DNA of 63,902 nt, filler included. It is 8 parts of 8 records of this genome, joined end to end, with 100 filler letters (N's around TTAATTAATTAA, not from the genome) between each part and the next. Parts side by side here need not be neighbours in the genome. Positions count along the whole stretch, not along the records: positions 7,164 to 12,903 come from SRR31147125_7304; positions 13,004 to 19,407 come from SRR31147125_7318; positions 19,508 to 27,162 come from SRR31147125_7324; 5 more parts are not named here. The stretch is one strand, 5' to 3'. This document shows, piece by piece, positions 10,350-20,563 of the stretch. Position numbers and translations under genes: made by a program. Numbering within the stretch: position 1 is the first letter of the stretch; each line of letters begins with the position of its first letter. The notes beneath the pieces are model-generated. The model worked only from the letters and a program-made list of their open reading frames with translations. It had not been told where the DNA came from and did no database searches.

Positions 10350-12774
10350 TGCTCGCCTCCTTTTGTGCTACTGTTTCAAATAGAGCGGTTGCCTTTTCGT
10401 TAGCGGCAACATTGAAGTATTGAACCTGATCTTCTGTAATCACGCTTTCGGAGATAGCTTTTTCTATTCTCTTCTCGGCGATTCTTCCTCCTCTTTCGGA
10501 TCGGCAATTGCCTTCATGGCAACCTGCAATTACAACTCGTTTTGCATTGCCCAAAAGCGGTTGCATGAATTGCTCGGCTCCAATTCGACCGGCGCAAGGA
10601 ACGGTGATAACTTTTGCGCTTGAAGATTCATAGTCCGTATTGGCCAAGCTTATGGAAGCGGATCTTTCACAAGCGAAAATTACGGTTTCTGCCGTTTCTT
10701 CCTGTAATTTCTCATTAGTGTATTCCAGATGCTTGATAGCATTGCCGGGGCAAACGGCAACACATGTTCCGCATCCCACGCATGCACTCGGTACCACATA
10801 GGGTTGTCCGCCACCTCTAAGTGCTATAGCTGAATGAGCGCAAACTCTGATACAAGTAAGACATCTGGCGCATTTTCCTTCGTCTATTTCTGCAACGCTG
10901 GTGTTTTCTGTAGCTACATCAGCAAGAGCAGCATCAAGAGAAGAAACAATTGCCTGAAGTTCAAGAGACAAGTCATTGTCGTCAACTTCATCATGGCAGG
11001 CACCGGCAAAATAAATTCCTTTTCTCGGACTTCCGGAAAGCCTGTGGCGAGTATTGGGAGTTTGCAGGAATCCTTCATTATCAAGTTCTGTATTCAGCCT
11101 GTAGGCGATATATGAATTGTTTTTTGAAGGAATTACCTGTTCAGGAATAACCAGCAGATCACAGTTGACGCTTAGCTCTATATCCGGAAGAGTTGAATCT
11201 TTTACCGAGATTTCGATTCCGGAATCGGTTTGTTTGATTTCTTTTCGTTCGTTATCGGCTCTAACGAATTTTACGCCTTTTTCTCTGGCAGTATCATATA
11301 GTTTTTGTCCCTCGGTTCCATGGACAAGCATTTTATCCATTAGCACAACGACCTTCTTGTCAGATTCGGCAAGTTTCGTTGCATCGAGAAGAACTTGTTT
11401 TGTCGTGTCTTTCCATTCCGGGGCTGAATAATCAAGCCAGAATGCAACATTTAGGGGCAGGGCATCTTCTTTGTTTTTGAAATCGCTATATGAAATCACG
11501 TTTTCCGGTAGTTCCTGCTCTTGGTTGTCTATACCTTCGGCTACCACTATTGCCATTGCTTTATTTTCGACAATGCCGCTATCGGTTCTGGTTGTTATTG
11601 TGAAGTCACCGATACTTCCCTCAATAGAAACCAGTTCTTTGCTTGCATCGTTTTGGCAAGTTGCAAAGGTTTTATAGTCTGCCGCTGACAGGAACTTCTC
11701 AGCCTTTTCAGCTTCGATTCCATTACCCAATATAGCGATGGTATTGTTTTGTCTGTTGTCTTTTTGGATACTTTCGAGAATGTTTCCCGCTACGGCAATT
11801 GCTTGTTGCTTTGAAGCGAGAATATCAGTAGGGCCACAAGCGGTACCTGCTACGTACACGTTTTTAGGAAATTCTTTGTTAGCATCAATAAATCCCCATG
11901 AGTTGGTTTCCAGTTTCAGTATTTCTGCCGTTTTTGCAAGATCATCAGAAGGGCGCATTCCAACTGCAAGAACTACAAGATCGAATCCCATCGGCATTCT
12001 TCCACCGGTTTCGGGATTGTCACGAATTATTGTCAATGGGGCAGGTTCTCTGTCTGTTAAAATTTGTCCCGGTGTTCCCTGAAGGAAATTGACTTTTGAT
12101 GAAACATCGTCAACCAGACTTCTTATTTGCTTTCCAATTACCTGAAGATCAATGTGGAAAATACTGACGTCTGATTCCGGATACAGATATTTGATTTTTC
12201 CTGCATGCCTCAGAGCTGTTTTGCAGCAAACCTGAGAGCAGTAATCAAGACCTTTTTCTTTATTTCTTGAGCCAACACACTGAATAAACGCAACTTTTCC
12301 ATTCTCCTTCGAGATATAGTCAGCGAGCTTTTCTTCTTTAAGTATCGTATTAAGCTCAGCAGTTGTTATTACCTTGTCGTTGTCATATGACAAATCTGGG
12401 ATTGAGGATGGATCGAAAGGTTTTATTCCACCAGCGTACAGGATTGCATCTGCTGTCAATGTATCCGTAGATTTGCCACTCAAAGTTGCAGTAATGCCTT
12501 TGTCGCTATTGTCTACGGATTGAAGAGTGGTTTCCGTATGAACTATGATATTATCTGCTTTAGAAACTTTCTGTTCCATTTCTGCAAACAGGCAAGCTCC
12601 GCAATTTTGACAAACGGTTGTCGCCATGCAAGCCCACTTTTCAGCATAGCCTCCAAGCTTATCATTTTTTTCGATAATATTGACCGTGGCTTCTCCCTCG
12701 GCAAGTCTCAAAGCAGAAGACATACCTGCTACACCGCCACCAATGACAATGACTTTCGGTGCGTTGGTATTCAT
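10342..12774 (-). CDS. HdrA-like flavoprotein fused to a degenerate second HdrA module, a 2x[4Fe-4S] domain and a C-terminal MvhD/FlpD domain
   Basis: IGGGVAG FAD motif, CQNCGAC, FIQCVGSR..YCSQVCC, CARCLTCIRVC, CVGCGTCVAVCP, then FAC...VPCAGRI...GCHEGNC. RBS GGAGGA before ATG at 12774. Confidence 0.85.
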   Translation of the reverse strand: MNTNAPKVIVIGGGVAGMSSALRLAEGEATVNIIEKNDKLGGYAEKWACMATTVCQNCGACLFAEMEQKVSKADNIIVHTETTLQSVDNSDKGITATLSGKSTDTLTADAILYAGGIKPFDPSSIPDLSYDNDKVITTAELNTILKEEKLADYISKENGKVAFIQCVGSRNKEKGLDYCSQVCCKTALRHAGKIKYLYPESDVSIFHIDLQVIGKQIRSLVDDVSSKVNFLQGTPGQILTDREPAPLTIIRDNPETGGRMPMGFDLVVLAVGMRPSDDLAKTAEILKLETNSWGFIDANKEFPKNVYVAGTACGPTDILASKQQAIAVAGNILESIQKDNRQNNTIAILGNGIEAEKAEKFLSAADYKTFATCQNDASKELVSIEGSIGDFTITTRTDSGIVENKAMAIVVAEGIDNQEQELPENVISYSDFKNKEDALPLNVAFWLDYSAPEWKDTTKQVLLDATKLAESDKKVVVLMDKMLVHGTEGQKLYDTAREKGVKFVRADNERKEIKQTDSGIEISVKDSTLPDIELSVNCDLLVIPEQVIPSKNNSYIAYRLNTELDNEGFLQTPNTRHRLSGSPRKGIYFAGACHDEVDDNDLSLELQAIVSSLDAALADVATENTSVAEIDEGKCARCLTCIRVCAHSAIALRGGGQPYVVPSACVGCGTCVAVCPGNAIKHLEYTNEKLQEETAETVIFACERSASISLANTDYESSSAKVITVPCAGRIGAEQFMQPLLGNAKRVVIAGCHEGNCRSERGGRIAEKRIEKAISESVITEDQVQYFNVAANEKATALFETVAQKEASND

Positions 12775-12903
12775 ACAATCCTCCAAGTTTAGTATTTGAT
12801 AAACAGTCGAAAAGTTGTACCGGTAAAGAAAAGTAAACCATAAATACGGCTAAGTCAATTTAATCATTAGAAAGATAGAGATGAGTTTGTTTTCTTGTAA
12901 TCA

Positions 12904-13003
12904 NNNNNNNNNNNNNNNNNNNNNNNNNNNNNNNNNNNNNNNNNNNNTTAATTAATTAANNNNNNNNNNNNNNNNNNNNNNNNNNNNNNNNNNNNNNNNN
13001 NNN
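12904..13003. other. Artificial contig spacer 2
   Basis: N44-TTAATTAATTAA-N44. Confidence 0.98.
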
Positions 13004-13005
13004 TT

Positions 13006-14667
13006 GGCTTTGTTCAAATGAAAGTGAATGGAAATAAAGGGGATACAGTGAAAATTTACCATGCCGAGGTGCTTGACAAGGATGGTAATTTTTATGTGGA
13101 AAACCTGCGCTCAGCCAAACAACTTACTACTTATATATTAAAGGGGAATAATGAAGAGATATTTGAACCCCACTTTACATGGCAGGGATTCAGGTATATT
13201 AAAGTAGATAGGTATCCTGGAAAGTTTGAACCCGAAAATTTTAAAGCGATTGTTCTTCATTCCGCAATGACGCCTGCCGGAAGTTTTTCATGTTCAGACA
13301 GTTTATTGAATAAATTACAACAAAATATTCGATGGGGACAAAGAGGAAATTTTGTAGATGTTCCAACCGATTGTCCGCAACGCGACGAAAGATTGGGCTG
13401 GACTGCAGATGCTCAAGTTTTTGCATCAACTGCTGCATTTAACTACAATGTTCATAATTTTTTTCATAAATGGTTAAACGACTTGTACTCGGAACAGCAT
13501 GAAAATGGAAACATTCCTGTAGTTATTCCAAAAACAAGTGAACGTTTGAGTGGGTGCCCGGGATGGTCAGATGCTGTCACTATTATTCCATGGACCATGT
13601 ATCAGAGTTATGCAGACACACAGATTATAGCAGAGGCATATCCGGCAATGAAAAAATGGGTAGATTTTATTACCAAAGGAAGCGAAAACAATTTGTATAA
13701 GCCCAGATGGTCATTCGGTGATTGGTTGTTTTACAGCCCTGATGATGACCGAAGTGGAAAGGCTGCTGTTACAGACAGAAATTTAATTGCTCAGTGTTTT
13801 TATGCCAATTCCCTTCAAATATTGATTAATTCAGCTGAAATATTAAATAATCAAACTGACCTTAAAAAATACTCCAGCCTGCTTAAAGATGTTAAAAATG
13901 CATATCTAAAGGAGTATGTTACACCAAATGGGAAAATTGTAACTCCAACCCAAACGGCTTATCTTCTCGCATTACATTTCGATATGCTGCCTGATGATAT
14001 AAGAGAACAGGCCGCTAAAAGACTGGTGGAAAACATTCAAAGTTATGGTCATTTAACTACAGGTTTTATGGGTACTTCTTATTTATGTCATGTACTCAGC
14101 AGGTTTGGTTACACTGATGTTGCCTATGATTTATTACTAAGAAAAGAATATCCCAGCTGGCTTTATCCGGTTACAATGGGAGCAACAACAATTTGGGAAC
14201 GTTGGGATGGAATTAAACCTGACAGTACCTTTCAGAATGCTAAAATGAACTCATTCAACCATTATGCATACGGAGCGGTAGGGAGTTGGATGTATAAAAA
14301 CATAGGCGGATTAAACGCTGATGAAGAAAATCCCGGATATAAACACATTATCATAAAACCGGAATTAGGAGGTGGATTGTCATGGGCTAAGACTGAACTC
14401 GATACATATTATGGGCCTATTTCTTCAATCTGGGAAAAAAGTGACGAGGCTGTTACATTAAACATAAAGATACCGCCAAATACGGAAGCAAAAGTATATG
14501 TGCCGTGTCCAAATGAGAAACAAATATCAGTAAAAGAAGGAAAAACACTATTGATAAATAAAGACGAGATTTCTGATAATTCACAGTACATAAAATTTCA
14601 GGAGAGAATCGATAATTACGTGGTGTTTAATGTCGGTTCAGGTTCTTATCATTTTGAAGTTTATTAA
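13006..14667 (+). CDS. GH78 alpha-L-rhamnosidase, 5' truncated
   Basis: PTDCPQRDERLGWTADA, GATTIWERWD, MNSFNHYAYG. Confidence 0.92.
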   Translation, partial: GFVQMKVNGNKGDTVKIYHAEVLDKDGNFYVENLRSAKQLTTYILKGNNEEIFEPHFTWQGFRYIKVDRYPGKFEPENFKAIVLHSAMTPAGSFSCSDSLLNKLQQNIRWGQRGNFVDVPTDCPQRDERLGWTADAQVFASTAAFNYNVHNFFHKWLNDLYSEQHENGNIPVVIPKTSERLSGCPGWSDAVTIIPWTMYQSYADTQIIAEAYPAMKKWVDFITKGSENNLYKPRWSFGDWLFYSPDDDRSGKAAVTDRNLIAQCFYANSLQILINSAEILNNQTDLKKYSSLLKDVKNAYLKEYVTPNGKIVTPTQTAYLLALHFDMLPDDIREQAAKRLVENIQSYGHLTTGFMGTSYLCHVLSRFGYTDVAYDLLLRKEYPSWLYPVTMGATTIWERWDGIKPDSTFQNAKMNSFNHYAYGAVGSWMYKNIGGLNADEENPGYKHIIIKPELGGGLSWAKTELDTYYGPISSIWEKSDEAVTLNIKIPPNTEAKVYVPCPNEKQISVKEGKTLLINKDEISDNSQYIKFQERIDNYVVFNVGSGSYHFEVY

Positions 14668-14715
14668 TTTAAATAATTATGCTTTAAGCATACTCCCGAA
14701 AGGCGTATTTACGCA

Positions 14716-17481
14716 ATGTTCGAATTAAACCTAATAAAGATGCAAACAAGTAAATTCATTTTTGGAACCATTGTAATATTTTTTAGCCTGTCGGCAATGG
14801 CAGGAATAAAACCTACAAAACTAACCTGCGAATACATGCAGAATCCGGGTGTGGTAGATATTGCCCAACCGCGCCTTGCTTGGATTAATATTGCAGAGCC
14901 TGGAGAACGGGGACAAGTGCAAACGGCCTGGCAAGTTCGGGTGGCAAGTTCGAAAGAAAAGCTGAAGTCGGCAAACCTTTGGGACAGTAAAAAGGTTAAA
15001 AGCAATCAATCAATTCGAATTAAATACGATGGGAAAATTTTAAAGTCGGGCCAGGACTGTTGGTGGCAGGTACGCGTGTGGGATAAAAATAATGAAGTGT
15101 CAGATTGGAGTGAGCCAGCTGTTTGGCATATGGGATTGCTGGATGAGTCGGAATGGAAAGCAAGTTGGATTGGCGCACCCTGGCAAGGCGAAAAAGCATT
15201 GCCAAAACCAAGGAGCCCAAATGCACCTCTGCCAGAAAAACATCCACCTCCTGCTCCTATGTTTCGTAAGGAATTTAAAATTGAAAAGGAAATAGAAAAA
15301 GCTGTAGCTTATGTTACTGGTCTGGGTTATTTCGAATTTTATTTGAATGGCGAAAAGATTGGAGATGACGTTTTAGTACCCAATCAGACCAACTATGGCA
15401 AACGCCCGGAATTGAATCAGCAAAATATTGCTTTAGAAGATGGTTTTAAGGAATATAAGGTAATGTACCTTGCCTATGATTTAAGCAACAAAATAAAAAG
15501 TGGAAATAACGTTGCCGGAAGCATATTGGGAAATGGTTTTTATAATCCGGCCAAATTTTGGGCTGGTGCCTATGGAACCCCGCGTTTTCTTGCTCAAGTT
15601 CATATAAAATACACGGATGGAACGAAGGAAATTATTGTTAGTGATGAGAGCTGGAAAGTGGCTAAGAGCCCCATTTTAATGGACATGGTTTATTATGGAG
15701 AACACTACGATGCGCGTTTGGAACAAGAGGGATGGTGTAAATCGGGTTTTGATGCTACAAACTGGCAAAATGCTGTAACCCGTAAAGCTCCCGAGGGGAA
15801 ACTGGTTGCACATACGGCTCATACCGATAAGGTTGTAGAACGCTTAAAACCTATCTCAATAGAAAAGAATTATGATGGCAGGTATATTGTTGATTTTGGT
15901 GAAGAAATTTCGGGTTGGGTACGCCTAAAAAATGTTGAAGGGCCTGCCGGACATAAAATCGAAATCAAGTATTTAAGCAATAGCTACTCGGGCGACAACT
16001 CCTATATTTTTAAAGGAGTAGGAAAAGAAAATTATGCAGCCCGTTTTAACTGGTTTGTATTTCGCAAGGTTGAAGTTTTAAATTGGCCTGACACTTTAAA
16101 ACCCGAACAAATAATTGCCGAAGTAGTGAATACCTACATTGAAGAATCAGCATCGTTTCAAACTTCGAATCCAATGCTTGGACAAATAAACAAAATGTGG
16201 AAAAGAACTTTTACCGATAATATTCACGGAGGCATAATGAGCGATTGTCCACACCGCGAACGCTCAGGTTATACTGGCGATGGTCAGGTTGTATGTGCAA
16301 CGGTAATGTACAACTTCGATGCAAAGAATTTTTATCATAAATGGATACAGGATATTATTGGTTCACAGAAAGTAGAGTCGGGTTACGTTCCAAATGGTGC
16401 ACCCTGGCAGCCCGGTTGTGGAGGTGGCGTGGCATGGGGGGCAGCAATTAGCATAATGCCATGGGAGTTTTACATGTATTATGGTGATCTCGATATTTTA
16501 AAGGAAGCTTACCAACCCATGAAAGATTATATCCGTTATATGCAAAACTGGGTTGATGATGAGGGAATAATGTATTCTCAGCGGAAGGGAAGAAATGGCG
16601 AAGTATCGCGCTGGCTTAATTTAGGAGAATGGATAGCTCCAAATGAGTTACCTCCAAGTGATTTGGTACACACATTTTTTTATTGGATGTGTGCTGACTT
16701 TACATCGAAAACTGCCAACGCATTGCGGAACGATAAAGAATCAAAAGAGTTTGAAAAACTGGCTGAAGATACACGACACTCATTTCATAAACGGTTTTAT
16801 AACAAAGAAAAAGGTAGTTATGGAAATGCAGGGGCAAATATTTTTGCTTTAAAGATGGGCGTTCCGAAAACCCAATATGAAAGCGTAATAATGGCATTAA
16901 AAAGAAATATTAAAAAGAATAAAGGGCATTTGGATACCGGAATTTTTGGTACACGCTATTTCTTTGAAGTGCTTGCCGAGAATGGTATGAATGATTTAGC
17001 TTACGCGGCAATCACAAAAACAGACGAGCCAGGTTATGGGCGTTGGATTGAACTTGGGGCAACTACTTTTAGAGAACATTGGGATGATGGAGGTTCTCAT
17101 AATCATCCGATGTTTGGAGGAGGATTGGTTTGGTTATATCGTAACCTTGCCGGTATGCAGGCGGATATGGAGCAGCCTGGATACAGAAACATTGTTTTTA
17201 AACCACAGGTAGTTGAAGACTTGGAACATGTTTCTTATTCTAATCTTACGCCTTATGGAAAAGCCGGAATTCGCTGGGATAAAATAAGTGGAAAACTAAG
17301 CATGGATATTACTGTTCCAGTGGGAAGCTTTGCTACTGTTTATTTCCCTACAAAAAAATCAGAATATTTAATGGAAGGAGAAATTCCTGTAACTCAGCAA
17401 GAAGATATCCAGGTAATCACAATTGGGAACGATATGGTTCAAATGAAGATTGGATCAGGAGAATACTCTTTCATAGAGTAA
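14716..17481 (+). CDS. GH78 alpha-L-rhamnosidase family protein with signal peptide
   Basis: SDCPHRERSGYTGDG, GATTFREHW, SHNHPMFG. Hydrophobic N-terminus; true start may be the ATG at 14740. Confidence 0.9.
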   Translation: MFELNLIKMQTSKFIFGTIVIFFSLSAMAGIKPTKLTCEYMQNPGVVDIAQPRLAWINIAEPGERGQVQTAWQVRVASSKEKLKSANLWDSKKVKSNQSIRIKYDGKILKSGQDCWWQVRVWDKNNEVSDWSEPAVWHMGLLDESEWKASWIGAPWQGEKALPKPRSPNAPLPEKHPPPAPMFRKEFKIEKEIEKAVAYVTGLGYFEFYLNGEKIGDDVLVPNQTNYGKRPELNQQNIALEDGFKEYKVMYLAYDLSNKIKSGNNVAGSILGNGFYNPAKFWAGAYGTPRFLAQVHIKYTDGTKEIIVSDESWKVAKSPILMDMVYYGEHYDARLEQEGWCKSGFDATNWQNAVTRKAPEGKLVAHTAHTDKVVERLKPISIEKNYDGRYIVDFGEEISGWVRLKNVEGPAGHKIEIKYLSNSYSGDNSYIFKGVGKENYAARFNWFVFRKVEVLNWPDTLKPEQIIAEVVNTYIEESASFQTSNPMLGQINKMWKRTFTDNIHGGIMSDCPHRERSGYTGDGQVVCATVMYNFDAKNFYHKWIQDIIGSQKVESGYVPNGAPWQPGCGGGVAWGAAISIMPWEFYMYYGDLDILKEAYQPMKDYIRYMQNWVDDEGIMYSQRKGRNGEVSRWLNLGEWIAPNELPPSDLVHTFFYWMCADFTSKTANALRNDKESKEFEKLAEDTRHSFHKRFYNKEKGSYGNAGANIFALKMGVPKTQYESVIMALKRNIKKNKGHLDTGIFGTRYFFEVLAENGMNDLAYAAITKTDEPGYGRWIELGATTFREHWDDGGSHNHPMFGGGLVWLYRNLAGMQADMEQPGYRNIVFKPQVVEDLEHVSYSNLTPYGKAGIRWDKISGKLSMDITVPVGSFATVYFPTKKSEYLMEGEIPVTQQEDIQVITIGNDMVQMKIGSGEYSFIE

Positions 17482-17598
17482 GTATAAATAATGAATAGGC
17501 AAAAAAAGCGCATCTGCAAAATAGCTTTTGTCTGAATGCTTGTGCTAAACCGTCTAAAATAAATCAATTTGAATTTTTAAGAAATAAAATATTTTCAC

Positions 17599-19118
17599 AT
17601 GAAAACACATTATCTACCACTACTAACCCTTTGTTTTGTTCTTTTATTTAGTGCATGCAAAGAAACCAATGCCCCTGATGAATACAGTATCTCAAAATCA
17701 GAGTTGCTGAACAAAATTAAAGGGGGCTGGGCCGGACAAACAATTGGCGTTTGTTATGCTCTGCCAACCGAGTTTAAATACAGACAGGTAATGATTCCTG
17801 ATTCTGTGAAAATGGAATTAAGCGGAGAAGAATTAAAAAAGCGTTTTAATAACGACGATATCTATATGGACGCCATCTTATGGAAATAATAGGACGCCTG
17901 GGATTCGAAGCACCTGCCGATTCCTTTGCACTAGCCTTTGCAAATGCAGGCTTTAATCTTTGGCATGCCAACCATGCGGCCCGCTATAATATTCTGAATG
18001 GGATCATGCCCCCAATGTCGGGCCATTGGAAAAACAGTATGCACTCTGATGATATCGATTTTCAAATTGAAGCTGATTTTGCAGGGTTAACCTCTGCCGG
18101 CGTTCCGGCTGCCGCTGTAAAGATTTCGGATAAAGTGGGACACATTATGAACTACGGTGATGGTTGGTATTCCGGTGTTTTTGTTGCTACCATGTATTCT
18201 TTAACTTTTATATCCGATGATATTGATTTTATTATAAACGAGGCACTTGAACTGATTCCGGAAGAGAGCAAATTTTGTAAATCGATGACGGATGTAATAG
18301 GCTGGCATAAAAAATTTCCGGATGACTGGACAAAAACCTGGCAGGAAATTGAAAACAGTGACTGGAGTTACGATTTGCATTGTCCCGCCGGTGTTTACCA
18401 TTCGTTCAATATCGATGCAACCGTAAATATGGCTTATGTGTTAATTGGTCTCTTGTATGGCGATGGTGATTTTACAAAATCAATGGATATATCAATGCGT
18501 TGCGGACAGGATTCAGACTGTAATCCCTCCTCCGTAGGTGGAATACTGGGAGCAATAATGGGATATGACAAAATTCCTGAAAATTGGCTTAATGCTTACC
18601 GGGATGTGGAAGATGTTACTCTGAATCATACCAGCGTTTCGCTTAACGATTGTTATGAAATTTGTTACAACACTTCTGTAGAAAATATTCTCAAGGCCGG
18701 TGGCAGAGAAGAAGGCGAAAATATTATTATCAAATACAGCAAACCGGATGTACTGCCTCTGGAAATAGCTTATCCTGACGTTTACCCAAAAGGAGAATTA
18801 AGTATAAATAAACCGATTCAAAAGGTTGGTAATATTAATTTTTCAGGAACTGGAATCGCTGTTTTGGGTGGACCGTCATGGAAAGAAATAAACAAATCGG
18901 ACTACATAGCAGAAGTTAAGATTATAATTGACGGGAAAGAAGCTGCAATTCGAAAATTACCCTTCAACTACCACTCAAGGGCTCAGGAGATTTTCTTTGA
19001 ATTAGAATTAGAAAAAGGAGACCATACTCTGGAGATGGAATGGCTCAATCCAAAGGAGGGAATGGAAATTCCTGTTCACAAATGTTTGGTATTTTCCGAT
19101 AAACTGGAGAAGATGTAG
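17599..19118 (+). CDS. ADP-ribosylglycohydrolase-fold lipoprotein; one-base frameshift near 17878
   Basis: Lipobox LFSAC, KIKGGWAGQTIGV, NDDIYMD, DDIDFQIEADF, GQDSDCNPSSVGGILG. ORFs 17599-17889 and 17880-19118 join if one T is added (ATC TT[T] ATG). Confidence 0.82.
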
Positions 19119-19197
19119 CAGTGGAATTTTCTCGGTGATTTAATTTTTTACCTCATGGCAAAGGATATTGTAAAATAGTAATTTGATTTTTAGAATT

Positions 19198-19407
19198 ATG
19201 AATTTAAATAGGAAAATACATTTTGGAGTCGTGCTACTTATGTCACTTTTCATTTTTATAAATTTCGAATCGGTGGCAAAAGATAAAACCAAGTACCTGA
19301 TTGTTAGAGCCGATGATATGGGCTCATCTCATGCAGCCAATCTGGCTTGTATCGAAGCAGCAAAAAATGGAATTGCAACATCTATTGAATTAATGGTGCC
19401 TTGTTCC
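19198..19407 (+). CDS. YdjC/ChbG family deacetylase with signal peptide, 3' truncated
   Basis: LIVRADDMGSSHAANLACI...GIATSIELMVPC. Confidence 0.8.
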
Positions 19408-19507
19408 NNNNNNNNNNNNNNNNNNNNNNNNNNNNNNNNNNNNNNNNNNNNTTAATTAATTAANNNNNNNNNNNNNNNNNNNNNNNNNNNNNNNNNNNNN
19501 NNNNNNN
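19408..19507. other. Artificial contig spacer 3
   Basis: N44-TTAATTAATTAA-N44. Confidence 0.98.
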
Positions 19508-19508
19508 A

Positions 19509-20525
19509 GCAAAAGGAAGAAAAGCAGCAGGAATTTCTGGACCAGCAGATATATATAGATGGGAAAGTAAATTAGCGAATAGTGTAACAAGTTTAATAAG
19601 TGCAATGTTAAATGTAGATATTGCAAAAACAAATCTCAAAAGAGTAATGAATTATGATTTAAGCCAAGAGATTTATGTTGAGCATATTTCACTTGATAGT
19701 GAATTTTTAATGACTGGTGACGCAGAATTAGTAGAATATATCTCAAATCAAAATAAAGTAAATGCTTTAATGAAATTTATGAAGGAGAAATCATATGAAT
19801 CTTCTCCTGAAATTAAACAACTGGAAAGTGGAGTTAAAGTTTATGAAAGAATGATCAAAAATGCAAGGAATAAAAGGTTTATGCCGACAGTTGCGATGCA
19901 AGCAAAGTTTACAGTAAACAATATTATTGCTGAGGGAGCAGGTTCTGAGAGTGCGGATTATTCGGCATTAGAAGGTTTAAAAAATTATGATGCTTTGGGG
20001 AATGGTTTAGGAACATCTATGTACACTGCATTTAATAAAATTATAGACAGTTTTGGTTCACCAGATGACAATGATTGGAGTGTAGGCATTGGATTTAGTT
20101 TACCCCTTTATTCAGGTGGAGAGTTAAAAGCAGATAGAGAGATAGCTGAACAAGAAGTGGTGTCACTTGAAAATAAAAAAGAGGGTGTAAAAAAATATTT
20201 AGAGCAAAAAGTTATAAGCTATACTCTTCAAGTTGTATCAGAATATTCAAAAATAAAAAATGCAGAAGTTTCTGCAAATGCAGCAGATAAAGCGTTTGAA
20301 TTAGTAAAGGATGGTTATCAAGAGGGTGTGATATCAATAGCAGATTTATTAGATGCACAGACAGCTTCGATCTCAGCTAATCAATATAAATCGACAGTTA
20401 TGTATGATCTAATGGCAGCAATAATGAGAGCAGAGAGGGCAGTTGGAAGTTATCATATTTTAAGAAGTGAAGAGGATAGAGTAAAAGTTATTACAGAAAT
20501 AAATAAAATTTATGAAAATCTATAA
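19509..20525 (+). CDS. TolC family outer-membrane efflux protein, 5' truncated
   Basis: WSVGIGFSLPLYSGG and YQEGVISIADLLDAQ motifs; frame open to contig start; upstream of adaptor and RND genes. Confidence 0.85.
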   Translation, partial: AKGRKAAGISGPADIYRWESKLANSVTSLISAMLNVDIAKTNLKRVMNYDLSQEIYVEHISLDSEFLMTGDAELVEYISNQNKVNALMKFMKEKSYESSPEIKQLESGVKVYERMIKNARNKRFMPTVAMQAKFTVNNIIAEGAGSESADYSALEGLKNYDALGNGLGTSMYTAFNKIIDSFGSPDDNDWSVGIGFSLPLYSGGELKADREIAEQEVVSLENKKEGVKKYLEQKVISYTLQVVSEYSKIKNAEVSANAADKAFELVKDGYQEGVISIADLLDAQTASISANQYKSTVMYDLMAAIMRAERAVGSYHILRSEEDRVKVITEINKIYENL

Positions 20526-20563
20526 TTTTTAAAATAAGAAATTAATGAATCTAGGAGGAAAAA

